From Polyangiaceae bacterium (GTDB lineage: Bacteria; Myxococcota_A; Polyangia; Polyangiales; Polyangiaceae), in the NCBI GenBank assembly GCA_965222375.1, contig CBDCTZ010000016.1:1-64000 (forward strand): a stretch of DNA of 64,000 nucleotides. Direction: 5' to 3'. The number at the start of each line of letters is the position of its first letter. Positions within the stretch are counted from its first letter, which is position 1. The translations under genes and the position numbers were made by a program. Shown here piece by piece: positions 10,138 to 18,803 of the stretch. The notes beneath the pieces are model-generated. The model saw only the letters and a list, made by a program, of their open reading frames with translations, was not told where the DNA came from and did not search any database.

Positions 10138-11241
10138 TCACTTGCGAGTGGTCCAACTGACGTCGAAGCAGTCGTCGCAGGCGCGAGCGGTGAGGGTTTT
10201 GGCAAGCTCGTCGGGGAGCTTGACGGGAGTGAAGGTCGTGCCGGCACATTGGCTACAGGACCAGTGGGGCGCATCGGGCGCGACCGGGGAAAGCAGCTCG
10301 GGGCTGGCCCCAGGGGGCAGCAACTCGAGAACAAAGTCGCCCACGTAGAGCTTGTCCCCATCGCTGAGATCCCTCTTGTTCACCCGCTCGCCGTTTACGT
10401 AGGTACCGGTGTCGCTGCCAAGATCGATGACTTCAACTTCGCCGCCGCTCAGCTCCAGCACTGCGTGCAATCTGGAAACGGACGAGTCGTCCAGGGTGAT
10501 CTGGGCGCTCTCGAGGCGCCCTATCTTCACGACCCCTTCGTCCTCGAGGGGATATCGAGCTACCTGCTGATCGTCTCGGGTCACACGGATGCTCCGCGTG
10601 GGCAGCGGCAGATCATCAAGAGCGGGTGCGGCAGTCCGGTACACGCCGTCACTTCGACCTTTGGCTGGGTTGGACGGGTTGAGTTTCGCGGCCACGATGG
10701 CCTCGAGCACCGACGTCGCGGCGTTGGCGTCATGCGCCAGCAGCGCCTGTCGCAACCGCGCCGTGTTCAGCGCCGCGAGAAGAGCCACCATCGCGAGCGC
10801 CCACATCCACCACGACGGTACAGTTGAAGCCGACAGCGCCATGGCGACGGGCAAGCTGGCCATCAGCACGGCCACCGAGTCGACCCACGCGTTACCCATT
10901 AGTGTCGTTCGGACCTGATGCTGCTTGGCGTAGGCATCAACGGCGACGTCCAATAGGCGATTCTTGTCGTCGGAATCGGCCGCGCTGACGGCACCCAGCG
11001 CGGCTCCCACACACCGCGGGTAAGGGGACTCGGCCACGGAAGCGCAGATCTTCTCCAACCGATCGAGACGCCCTTCTTTGCACAGCTTGAACGCGAGGGC
11101 GTCGAACATATCGACCTTGACGTGCCTCATTCGGGCTCGAATGGCGCGGAGCAGTGCAACGCACATCCCCACAATGGCGACCCAAAACAACGGAGAACTG
11201 GGCACAGCCAGAGCTTGCCCTCGGCCCGCATGGTCGGGCAA
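10138..11241 (-). CDS. Membrane protein with FHA domain and C-terminal CxxC..CxxC zinc ribbon
   Basis: Three hydrophobic segments; FHA motifs KIGR..S..VSRLHA..DLGS..GTYVNG; CSQC and CDDC; start uncertain. Confidence 0.8.
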   Translation of the reverse strand: MPDHAGRGQALAVPSSPLFWVAIVGMCVALLRAIRARMRHVKVDMFDALAFKLCKEGRLDRLEKICASVAESPYPRCVGAALGAVSAADSDDKNRLLDVAVDAYAKQHQVRTTLMGNAWVDSVAVLMASLPVAMALSASTVPSWWMWALAMVALLAALNTARLRQALLAHDANAATSVLEAIVAAKLNPSNPAKGRSDGVYRTAAPALDDLPLPTRSIRVTRDDQQVARYPLEDEGVVKIGRLESAQITLDDSSVSRLHAVLELSGGEVEVIDLGSDTGTYVNGERVNKRDLSDGDKLYVGDFVLELLPPGASPELLSPVAPDAPHWSCSQCAGTTFTPVKLPDELAKTLTARACDDCFDVSWTTRK

Positions 11242-11496
11242 GCGCGAAGAGAGTCAGGCAACGCTGTTGGGTTTGCCAGGGTTTCGCTAGTGCCCGCCTT
11301 CAGCGGCGCTCATGCTCGATCCCCCGGGTTTTCGGGCACTCCCGAGGTTGAAGGATGGAGCCGCGCCCCGTCGAAAGCCTGGACATGAAGACGACGGAGC
11401 TTGTCCACGCGCTAGTCGTACGAGGGGCGACCTGAAACAACGCTTTCAACCTCGCTCACGTGAAACAGTAGGCAAGATGCTCGGAGAGTTCTGATG

Positions 11497-11517
11497 AGAA
11501 AAGTGAACCACTTTTCT
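11497..11517. promoter_or_regulatory. Perfect 9-bp inverted repeat, candidate operator
   Basis: AGAAAAGTG-AAC-CACTTTTCT in the divergent intergenic region. Confidence 0.4.
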
Positions 11518-11618
11518 ATGAGCGCACGTATTATGTGGCTGTGCTCAGCGACACCCGTCACCAATGAAGAGCTTCCAACCTTCCAGTACCTGACTATTCA
11601 ACTGTATCGAGCGTGTAC

Positions 11619-12824
11619 ATGAAAAAGCGAGTTTCTTATCAGCTAGCCCCAATCCTAACCACCCTGACGCTGCTACTTTCCTCAGCATGCAGCTCTGACG
11701 AAGATGGGGCCAAAGGTGCCTCGAGTGGAGGTACGAGCAGTGGGGGCACGAGCAGTGGGGGCACGAGCAGTGGAGGCACGAGCAGTGGAGGCACGAGCGC
11801 TAGCGGGGGCGTGAGCGGCAGCGACTCTGGTACAAGCGATGCGGGGAGCGACGCGAACAACAGTGACGCGGCCGCAAGCCCTTTCCCCAATGAGCCTCCG
11901 GGCTTCACGGCGATCGCCGAATACAATGGCGGGATTGTCCCACCGGATTTTGGTCCTGCCGATTTGGTATGCGCATCCGACGACCCCAGTCTCTTGCTGG
12001 GCTGTGTAGTCGGAGACTCGGAGTCGCAAAACAGCCTCCCGAACCAAAATGGTTCGGTCCTGAACACGCCGAACTCACCGGCGAGCCCGGGTTCATCATT
12101 GAGAGTCAAGTTTTCGAAAGGACTGAAGGCGGGCCACGGCCCCGGGTGGTTCAATATTTGGGGGCCAAAAAAAGAAAACCTCACCGGGTTCTCCGTTTCC
12201 GAAGAGTCCACCAAAGGCCACGAGCTAAAGCAGATGTATGCGTCCTATCACTTTCGGCTAGCAAGCGGGAAAGGTGACGGGAAATGGCAAGCGACCATGT
12301 GCTCGACGACCAATGCCAATTGTAAGGGAGAGGGGATTTGGAAAATAGTCGGTTACTTCGGTTTTGGTAGCGGAAACAAGACCCATCCCTTCGGGACTCA
12401 GGCCTTTTTCTTGGCGAGAACAGTGGACCGGGAGACTGGCACGGACCTCACGAGTCGGTTTTCTTTTTCGGTCGAGCAGCAGGGACCCACCAGCGTCCCC
12501 AACGCGCAGCAGATCGAAAACTCAGCCAACGTCATCGTGTGGAACAAGAACGCCGTCTTCATCGTCGACCAGTGGCATCAATTCGAATACCTCACGGAGC
12601 TCAACGACATCGGAAAATCCAACGGCTCACTCAAAGTATGGATCGACGGCATACTCATCTACCATGCAAATGGAATCACCTATCGAACGGCCGCAGATCC
12701 ACGGGGCTTCTACGCGATTAGCTGGGCGCCGATACTCGGGGCTGGCCACGCCGACGATCCTCTCAAGTCTCGAGACGATTACCAGGATATCGACCACGTC
12801 TACATTTCTGGCATCAAGTTGTAG
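11619..12824 (+). CDS. Lipoprotein with SGGTS repeats and polysaccharide-lyase/LamG-like beta-sandwich domain
   Basis: Lipobox LSSAC; DQWHQFEY..LN....NGSLKVWIDG and IDHVYIS patterns. Confidence 0.7.
   Translation: MKKRVSYQLAPILTTLTLLLSSACSSDEDGAKGASSGGTSSGGTSSGGTSSGGTSSGGTSASGGVSGSDSGTSDAGSDANNSDAAASPFPNEPPGFTAIAEYNGGIVPPDFGPADLVCASDDPSLLLGCVVGDSESQNSLPNQNGSVLNTPNSPASPGSSLRVKFSKGLKAGHGPGWFNIWGPKKENLTGFSVSEESTKGHELKQMYASYHFRLASGKGDGKWQATMCSTTNANCKGEGIWKIVGYFGFGSGNKTHPFGTQAFFLARTVDRETGTDLTSRFSFSVEQQGPTSVPNAQQIENSANVIVWNKNAVFIVDQWHQFEYLTELNDIGKSNGSLKVWIDGILIYHANGITYRTAADPRGFYAISWAPILGAGHADDPLKSRDDYQDIDHVYISGIKL
11724..11798 (+). repeat. 5 x 15-bp coding tandem repeat (SGGTS)
   Basis: Unit AGTGG(A/G)GG(C/T)ACGAGC, five copies. 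Confidence 0.95.
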
Positions 12825-13057
12825 AACCGGCAATGGCAATCGAAGCTGGCCGCGCATAGCTCAAGGGCGCCCAGCACCACTCTCTACCATCACAAGCTGT
12901 TTCGACGGTTCTCAGTTGGATCGGGGATTTGGCCGCCCCACGCGCATCTGGGTTCACCGCCGTCGAGCCCCGTTGAAGGGCCGAACCGGGTCGCCGGGGA
13001 GTTTGACGGACGTAGAGCGAAGAAGTTGGGCAACGCCCATGGATTTGCCAAGATTTC

Positions 13058-14044
13058 GTGATGCGCGCCCTGTGGTGTCTCAGCATGATCGCCTTTGCGT
13101 GCCAGGAACGCGGCCCAGAGGCGAATAGCGCGCACGCAGAGCTGCCGGTCGGCACGCCAGTGATGGATGCAGCCATGGCAGACGCGCCGGGCGTCGCCGC
13201 GTCAGCCGCTTCGAGCCCAGGCGGAAGCGGTGGCGCCGAGGCGAATGGCGAAACCACCGCTCAGACCGAGGGCGAAACGGGTGAATTTGGAAGGCGCGGC
13301 GACCCACCCGGCTATCGTGGATTCGACGCTCCGGGTGGTCGTTTGCCCTCGAAGCGCAAGCCTCCCGCGTACGCCTCCGAGAATGACCCCTGCCCACAGG
13401 GCATGATTCACGTCCGCGGAAAGCGCTGTCTGGCGCCCGTCCAAGAGTGCCTCGGCTGGGTCGACGATCCTGGCAAACCCAACCGAGCCTGCGGCGAGTT
13501 CCACGCACCGACAACCTGCACGGGGAAACGCCACGCGATGAGCTTCTGCATCGATCGTACCGAGTACACGCCTGAGGGTTGGTCGCTGCCCCTGGTGCAC
13601 GTGGCCTGGGGCGAGGCCTACCGCTTCTGTGCCGCCATGAAGAAGCGGCTGTGTACCGAAAGCGAATGGGAGTTCGCCTGCGAAGGCCCAGACGCGCTGC
13701 CCTATCCCTACGGGCACGAGCGTGACGGCGCGCGCTGCAATCACGATCGCGACGAATTGTTCACGGATCGGGGCAAGCTGATCGACCGACGCGTGGGCGC
13801 CGAAGACCGCGCCACCTGCACTAGCCCCTTCGGCGTATTGAACATGGTCGGCAACGTGGACGAGTGGACGACGCGCCCGGAAAACCCATCGCCGCGGCGC
13901 TCCGTCCTGCGCGGCGGCTGGTGGCTCAAAGGGCGCAACCGCTGTCGTGCGTCGACCTCGAGCCACAGCGAGATCTACTCAGGCCCCCAGGCGGGCTTTC
14001 GCTGTTGCAGGCGGGCACGTAAAGCGAGCGTAAAGGCGAACTGA
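13058..14044 (+). CDS. Formylglycine-generating-enzyme (FGE/SUMF1) domain lipoprotein
   Basis: FCIDRTEY, KRLCTESEWEFAC, SPFGVLNMVGNVDEW, RGGWW, GFRCC. Confidence 0.9.
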   Translation: MMRALWCLSMIAFACQERGPEANSAHAELPVGTPVMDAAMADAPGVAASAASSPGGSGGAEANGETTAQTEGETGEFGRRGDPPGYRGFDAPGGRLPSKRKPPAYASENDPCPQGMIHVRGKRCLAPVQECLGWVDDPGKPNRACGEFHAPTTCTGKRHAMSFCIDRTEYTPEGWSLPLVHVAWGEAYRFCAAMKKRLCTESEWEFACEGPDALPYPYGHERDGARCNHDRDELFTDRGKLIDRRVGAEDRATCTSPFGVLNMVGNVDEWTTRPENPSPRRSVLRGGWWLKGRNRCRASTSSHSEIYSGPQAGFRCCRRARKASVKAN

Positions 14045-14380
14045 CTATTTGCAGCCCTCCGGTGCAGTGAGCCCGCGTTCAGCGATTTGCTTCCTGACGC
14101 TCTGCAGGGCCGCCGCACAGTCACCTTTCGTCGCCATCTGCGTGAGGGTGCAGGCGAGTCCGAGATCCGGAAGCCTGCAACACGCCTGGTACGCCGCACA
14201 GGTCTTCGAGTCACCGCGCAGGGGCGGGGCGCCTTTTACGGTAACGCTCCCGTCGCCGGCCTGTTCGTAGCGAACGCCCGTTTTCCGCTTGGTTTTTGAT
14301 CGGCAGGCAAGCAGCACCAACACCATCAGCAAGAGCATTGCAACCACCCAGCGCGAGCAGCGTGTGCGAGCCATCGTCAT
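14045..14380 (-). CDS. Small Cys-rich lipoprotein
   Basis: Lipobox LLAC, C..Y..CC...C...C...C pattern. Confidence 0.65.
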   Translation of the reverse strand: MTMARTRCSRWVVAMLLLMVLVLLACRSKTKRKTGVRYEQAGDGSVTVKGAPPLRGDSKTCAAYQACCRLPDLGLACTLTQMATKGDCAAALQSVRKQIAERGLTAPEGCK

Positions 14381-14519
14381 ACCCGAACCCTACTGCCTGA
14401 GCGTCGATCGCGGCGAGGCAGCGAATCGCCCGGGGCACGAGACCGGGGAAAACCTCCAGAGAATCGGGCAGATGAAAAGGGCTGTTCGCCTCGGCCGCGC
14501 GGCCCTGTACGCTCGATGC

Positions 14520-16244
14520 ATGGATGGGGCAACACAGTCGCTCGTGATGAGCGCCGAGGCGCAGAGCGCCGCGACGACAGAGGAAAAACAACTCGACAGC
14601 GCAATCGCGGCGGTTCGGGACAACGCCAAGGCCTGGGCCAGGCTCGCGATCAAAGAGAAAGCCGCGCTATTGCGCGAGTGCATCCCACGGGTTCTGGAAG
14701 TGGCGCCAGAGTGGGTCGCAGCAGGGGCCAAGGCGCGCGGCGCCTCAGAAGGAGAGGAATGGCTGGTTGGTGTCACGCCGACCATCCGGCAGTTGCGCTT
14801 GGTGGCCGAGTCCTTGGAGGCAATTTCGCTTCGGGGTCGGCCACCCTTGGGCCGCACCACGCGGACCCGACCGGACGGGCGCCTCGAAGTGGACGTATTT
14901 CCGACCAGCCCGATAGACAAGATCAGCTTCACGGGCTTCACCGCGCATTGCCTGATGGTGCAGGGCGTCGACCGCGCGGAAGCGGAGCGACGCCAGGCCG
15001 CCTTCTACCAGCAGAAGGACCCAGAAGGCGGCGTGTCACTCATCTTGGGGGCAGGCAACGTATCGAGCATTCCGCCCATGGACGTCATCTCAAAAATGTT
15101 CGTCGAGGGCTTCGTCTGCATCCTGAAGATGAACCCGGTCAACGAGTGGGTCGGGCCTTTTCTCGAACGTGCACTGCAGCCACTGATTTCCCGTAACTAC
15201 CTGCGCATCGTGTACGGCGCGGCGGATGTCGGCAAGTACCTCGTCTATCACGAGGGCGTCGGCGACGTTCACATCACAGGCTCGAATCGCACTCACGATC
15301 TGATCGTTTGGGGGCCACCGGGGCCAGAACGGGATCGGCGAATGAAGGACGACGACCCGCTCTTGCAGATCCCAATCTCGTCGGAACTCGGCAACGTGAG
15401 CCCCGTGGCGATCGTGCCCTTCGAGTACAGCGAAGAAGAGCTGACCTTCATGGCACGCAACGTCGTCTCGATGGTCACCAACAACGCTTCCTTCAACTGC
15501 AACGCTGCCAAGATGCTGCTCACGTCGACGACCTGGGCCCAGCGGGCTCGTTTCCTCAAACTGATCGAACAGGGTCTCGCGAAAGCAGCGCCGAGGAAGG
15601 CCTACTATCCGGGTGCCTTTGATCGCTACGAGACGCTGACGGGTAAGCGCGAAGGTGTGAAGAAGTTTGGCAGCGCCGAGGAAGGCCAGCTGCCTTGGGC
15701 ACTGATCCCCGGCGTAGATTCTTCCAAGCCAGATGACCTGTTTCAGGTCGAACCCTTCTGCGGGATCCTCAGCGAAGCGCGCTTGCCCTCAACCAACACC
15801 GTGGAGTTCATCGAAAGAGCCACGGCGTTCATGAACGACAAGATGTGGGGCACCCTCAACGCGATGTGGATCGTGCACCCAATAGCCGAGAAGGTCTCCG
15901 CCGTGGCTCGAGCCCTGGATCAAGCCATCGTCGACTTGCGCTACGGAACCGTCGCCATCAACCACTGGCCCGCTCTCGGGTACGCCTTTGGGTCGCCGCC
16001 TTGGGGCGGCCATCAGAGCGCCACCCTACGAAACATCCAGAGCGGCCTTGGATGGGTGCACAACAGTTACATGCTCGAGGGCATCGACAAATGCGTCGTG
16101 CGGGGCAGCCTGGTCGTCAAGCCCACGCCGGTTTGGTTCCAGGCCAATCCGAAGCTCGATGCCATTGCTCCAAGAGTCGCCCAGCTAGAGGCGAATCCGA
16201 GCTGGCGCAAGGTGCCTGGTCTACTCGCCAAAGCGCTATTCTGA
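14520..16244 (+). CDS. Aldehyde dehydrogenase family protein
   Basis: GAGN, ILKMNP, HITGS, SELG (Glu), FNCNA (Cys), EPFC; TACGCT 6 nt before ATG 14520. Confidence 0.85.
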   Translation: MDGATQSLVMSAEAQSAATTEEKQLDSAIAAVRDNAKAWARLAIKEKAALLRECIPRVLEVAPEWVAAGAKARGASEGEEWLVGVTPTIRQLRLVAESLEAISLRGRPPLGRTTRTRPDGRLEVDVFPTSPIDKISFTGFTAHCLMVQGVDRAEAERRQAAFYQQKDPEGGVSLILGAGNVSSIPPMDVISKMFVEGFVCILKMNPVNEWVGPFLERALQPLISRNYLRIVYGAADVGKYLVYHEGVGDVHITGSNRTHDLIVWGPPGPERDRRMKDDDPLLQIPISSELGNVSPVAIVPFEYSEEELTFMARNVVSMVTNNASFNCNAAKMLLTSTTWAQRARFLKLIEQGLAKAAPRKAYYPGAFDRYETLTGKREGVKKFGSAEEGQLPWALIPGVDSSKPDDLFQVEPFCGILSEARLPSTNTVEFIERATAFMNDKMWGTLNAMWIVHPIAEKVSAVARALDQAIVDLRYGTVAINHWPALGYAFGSPPWGGHQSATLRNIQSGLGWVHNSYMLEGIDKCVVRGSLVVKPTPVWFQANPKLDAIAPRVAQLEANPSWRKVPGLLAKALF

Positions 16245-16255
16245 TTTGTCGACGG

Positions 16256-17434
16256 CTACGTGAGCCGTTCGATGTACCCGGGCGGCGCGACGGCGCGGTA
16301 GACCAGCTCCAAGGCGCGAGTCACTTCTTTCTTTGGGATGACGGTGCTGTCCTTGTCCCGCACGCCAAAGCGGATGTCAGCACCGCGGTCGTCGTAGAAG
16401 AAGCCGCCATAGGTCTCCAGGTAGCCGAGCCGATAGTCGTGCAAGGGCAGTCGGTACAGGAAGCGGGCGAGCCAATAGCGCGGCGCCTCCCCCAACTTGC
16501 GACCCGCCATGGAGACTGAGACGAGCTGATCGTCGAGAGCGGAAAACTCCAGCTCTCCTAGGGTTGTCGGCAGTGCGCCAGGCTCGCCATCCTCGAAAGG
16601 GGGGAAAGGCGCATCGGGCACTTGGTTCCAGCTGACTGGTGGCGGAGCGGCATCATCGAAGGGCGACGCGACGAGGAGGGCGCGCTCGATGCCATCGCCC
16701 GAAAGCTCGGCACCCGCGGGCACGTAGATCAGGTCCCCTACCGCGTGAGGTGCGGTGCCAGCGAGGATGACGACGTAGCAGCCCCGAGCCGATGACAGGG
16801 TTTTGGGCTTCAGGACGAGCTGCATGGTCGTGTCCGCGACCTGCGCCAAGGTCTGTGCCTCCGCGCCGAGCGTGTTCACCAGGTGGGTCGGCACGCCGGG
16901 CGCGCGGGATGTCTTGAACCCTTCCTCACGGTCCACCACGAGGGGCCGCTCTTCCGGCTCCACGACCGTCGACGCGCAAAACACGAGGGAGAGCAGAGCG
17001 CGACGACCGATCTCGCCGAAATCCGGCGGGGCGAAGGGCGGACGCAGACGTCCGGGCCAATGCAGCGCGCCGTAGGGGTGCAACAAGATGTCACCTACGG
17101 CGTGCTTGACGCGCGCAACGTCGTCGCCCGCAATTGGATCCGAAAAGAACGTGCGCAGGGGGAGCCCGTCGATGAGCTCGTCGCCCGTAGGAAAAGCCAA
17201 GGCGTACTCGTCGGAGATGTTGGCGTGAGCGAAGTAGAGGGGCTCGGACGCGGTAGCAATCTCGAGCTGTGTCTCGCCGACCTGAGCCACGATCATCAGA
17301 TGATGTTCGAAGCGCTGAGCGCGAGCAGCCAACTGCCGCAGATTGGTCCGCAACAACGGCCCGGGCAGGGGGGGTCGGTCTTCCGGCGGCAATTGCCAGG
17401 TCTTCGTGACGGGGTGCCAGTTGGAGTCGGTCAT
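16256..17434 (-). CDS. Hypothetical cupin-like protein with homogentisate-dioxygenase-like metal motif
   Basis: HANISDEY ... GDILLHPYGALHWPG. Confidence 0.55.
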   Translation of the reverse strand: MTDSNWHPVTKTWQLPPEDRPPLPGPLLRTNLRQLAARAQRFEHHLMIVAQVGETQLEIATASEPLYFAHANISDEYALAFPTGDELIDGLPLRTFFSDPIAGDDVARVKHAVGDILLHPYGALHWPGRLRPPFAPPDFGEIGRRALLSLVFCASTVVEPEERPLVVDREEGFKTSRAPGVPTHLVNTLGAEAQTLAQVADTTMQLVLKPKTLSSARGCYVVILAGTAPHAVGDLIYVPAGAELSGDGIERALLVASPFDDAAPPPVSWNQVPDAPFPPFEDGEPGALPTTLGELEFSALDDQLVSVSMAGRKLGEAPRYWLARFLYRLPLHDYRLGYLETYGGFFYDDRGADIRFGVRDKDSTVIPKKEVTRALELVYRAVAPPGYIERLT

Positions 17435-17436
17435 CT

Positions 17437-18705
17437 TCAGACCTCACAGCGTTTTAGGATCCAGGGAAGCACGGCGTCCATCAGTTTATCGACTTCTGGG
17501 GCAGTCTTTTCACCGAAGTCTGGCTCGAAGTAGTGGCGCGCGTTTTCGAACTCGAGGAAGCCCTTGTCCGGTGCGGCGGCTGCGTCGAAGATGGCTTTCG
17601 CGTCCTTCGGGTATATCTCCCTGTCCCGCCCCGCATGCGCAACCAGCGTGGGCACGCGCACTTCTGCTAGGTTGGAGCACAGGTCGGCGTTCGACGAGAG
17701 TCCAGACCAAGTACTCAGCCAACCGCGAGGCGTACAGGTCCGCGCAAACCCAAAAAACCGATAGTTCATCAAATCAGGTCGGTCCGAAAGCAGAGAGCCA
17801 TACTCTCGCGGGGACGGGTCGAAGTGTTGATCCACGTAGTTGAGATTGGCCATGGTGCGGTGAACCACCATCACATGTTCGACTGCGGCCGCGCGCTGGA
17901 GTCGCCGGCGCGCATCGTCGGCAAGGCCCCCATCGTCCAGCTGCAGATTGGCATCGCGACTCGCTGCCAGGAGTTCCCGCGCACGATCGTCCAGGCGCTG
18001 CACGCGATCTCGCTGAGCCGCGCGGTAGCGCTGCGCGAAATCTGCTGAATACTCAGTCCACTCTGGCGGCGCCCGGAATCCGTTCTCGGGAGCGTACATG
18101 TCCAATTCAGTCCGCACGCTCAGAGGGTCGTTCTCATCGGCGACGGATGGATCGATGCCATCCAAAACCACCTTGCCCTGGCCGCGGTGCGCCGAGACCA
18201 AGACTAACCCGTCGGCCAACGGCATCTCGACGTCTGGGAGATGAGTGCGCCCGCCGCAGGGCGCGGTGGCGATTCGCTCGCTCGGTTTTCGAGCGGCCTG
18301 GGCTTGATAGAACGCCGACAGAGAGCCGCCGCCCGAGTTGCCCAGAAGGATGACCTTTTCGATGCCCTTCTTGGCCTTGAGGAAGCGCACGCAAGAGCCC
18401 ACATCGAGCACGATTTCTTCGTGGACGGTGTCCGTGTCATTGTTCGGCGACCGGGTATTGGCGCCCAAGCACGCGACGCCGGCAGCGAGCAAGCGCGGGA
18501 ATGAGTAGTGGTGCGTGAAATCCACCCGCGGGTGGATGCAAACCACCGCCGTCTTGGGTTTGGGGTGAGCTGGCGGGGCCCAATAAGTCGCCCGGTGTTG
18601 ACGGAAGTCCGCGGCGCGAAGCACCAGGGATTCGGGGCGAGCGTCGAGCTTGCCGCGGAAGTTGAAGGGCGCGCCGGCCCAGTAGGTCTTGGCAATCAGC
18701 TGCAT
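17437..18705 (-). CDS. Alpha/beta hydrolase
   Basis: Nucleophile elbow GNSGGG, acid GRDRE, His ARHYF. Confidence 0.85.
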   Translation of the reverse strand: MQLIAKTYWAGAPFNFRGKLDARPESLVLRAADFRQHRATYWAPPAHPKPKTAVVCIHPRVDFTHHYSFPRLLAAGVACLGANTRSPNNDTDTVHEEIVLDVGSCVRFLKAKKGIEKVILLGNSGGGSLSAFYQAQAARKPSERIATAPCGGRTHLPDVEMPLADGLVLVSAHRGQGKVVLDGIDPSVADENDPLSVRTELDMYAPENGFRAPPEWTEYSADFAQRYRAAQRDRVQRLDDRARELLAASRDANLQLDDGGLADDARRRLQRAAAVEHVMVVHRTMANLNYVDQHFDPSPREYGSLLSDRPDLMNYRFFGFARTCTPRGWLSTWSGLSSNADLCSNLAEVRVPTLVAHAGRDREIYPKDAKAIFDAAAAPDKGFLEFENARHYFEPDFGEKTAPEVDKLMDAVLPWILKRCEV

Positions 18706-18803
18706 GCGCCGCGTATTGTCGCAGCTCGACGCGCCCGAACGCCAGCGTCAGCCAGCAGCGGCAAATCCAGGACTTTCGCGGCCGCTTGCCTTACGGTGCC
18801 GGC

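Noticed and set aside
11491..11521. Hammerhead ribozyme (CTGATGA followed by a stem)
   Set aside because: The stem is followed by TATG, not the required GAAA; no stems I/III found
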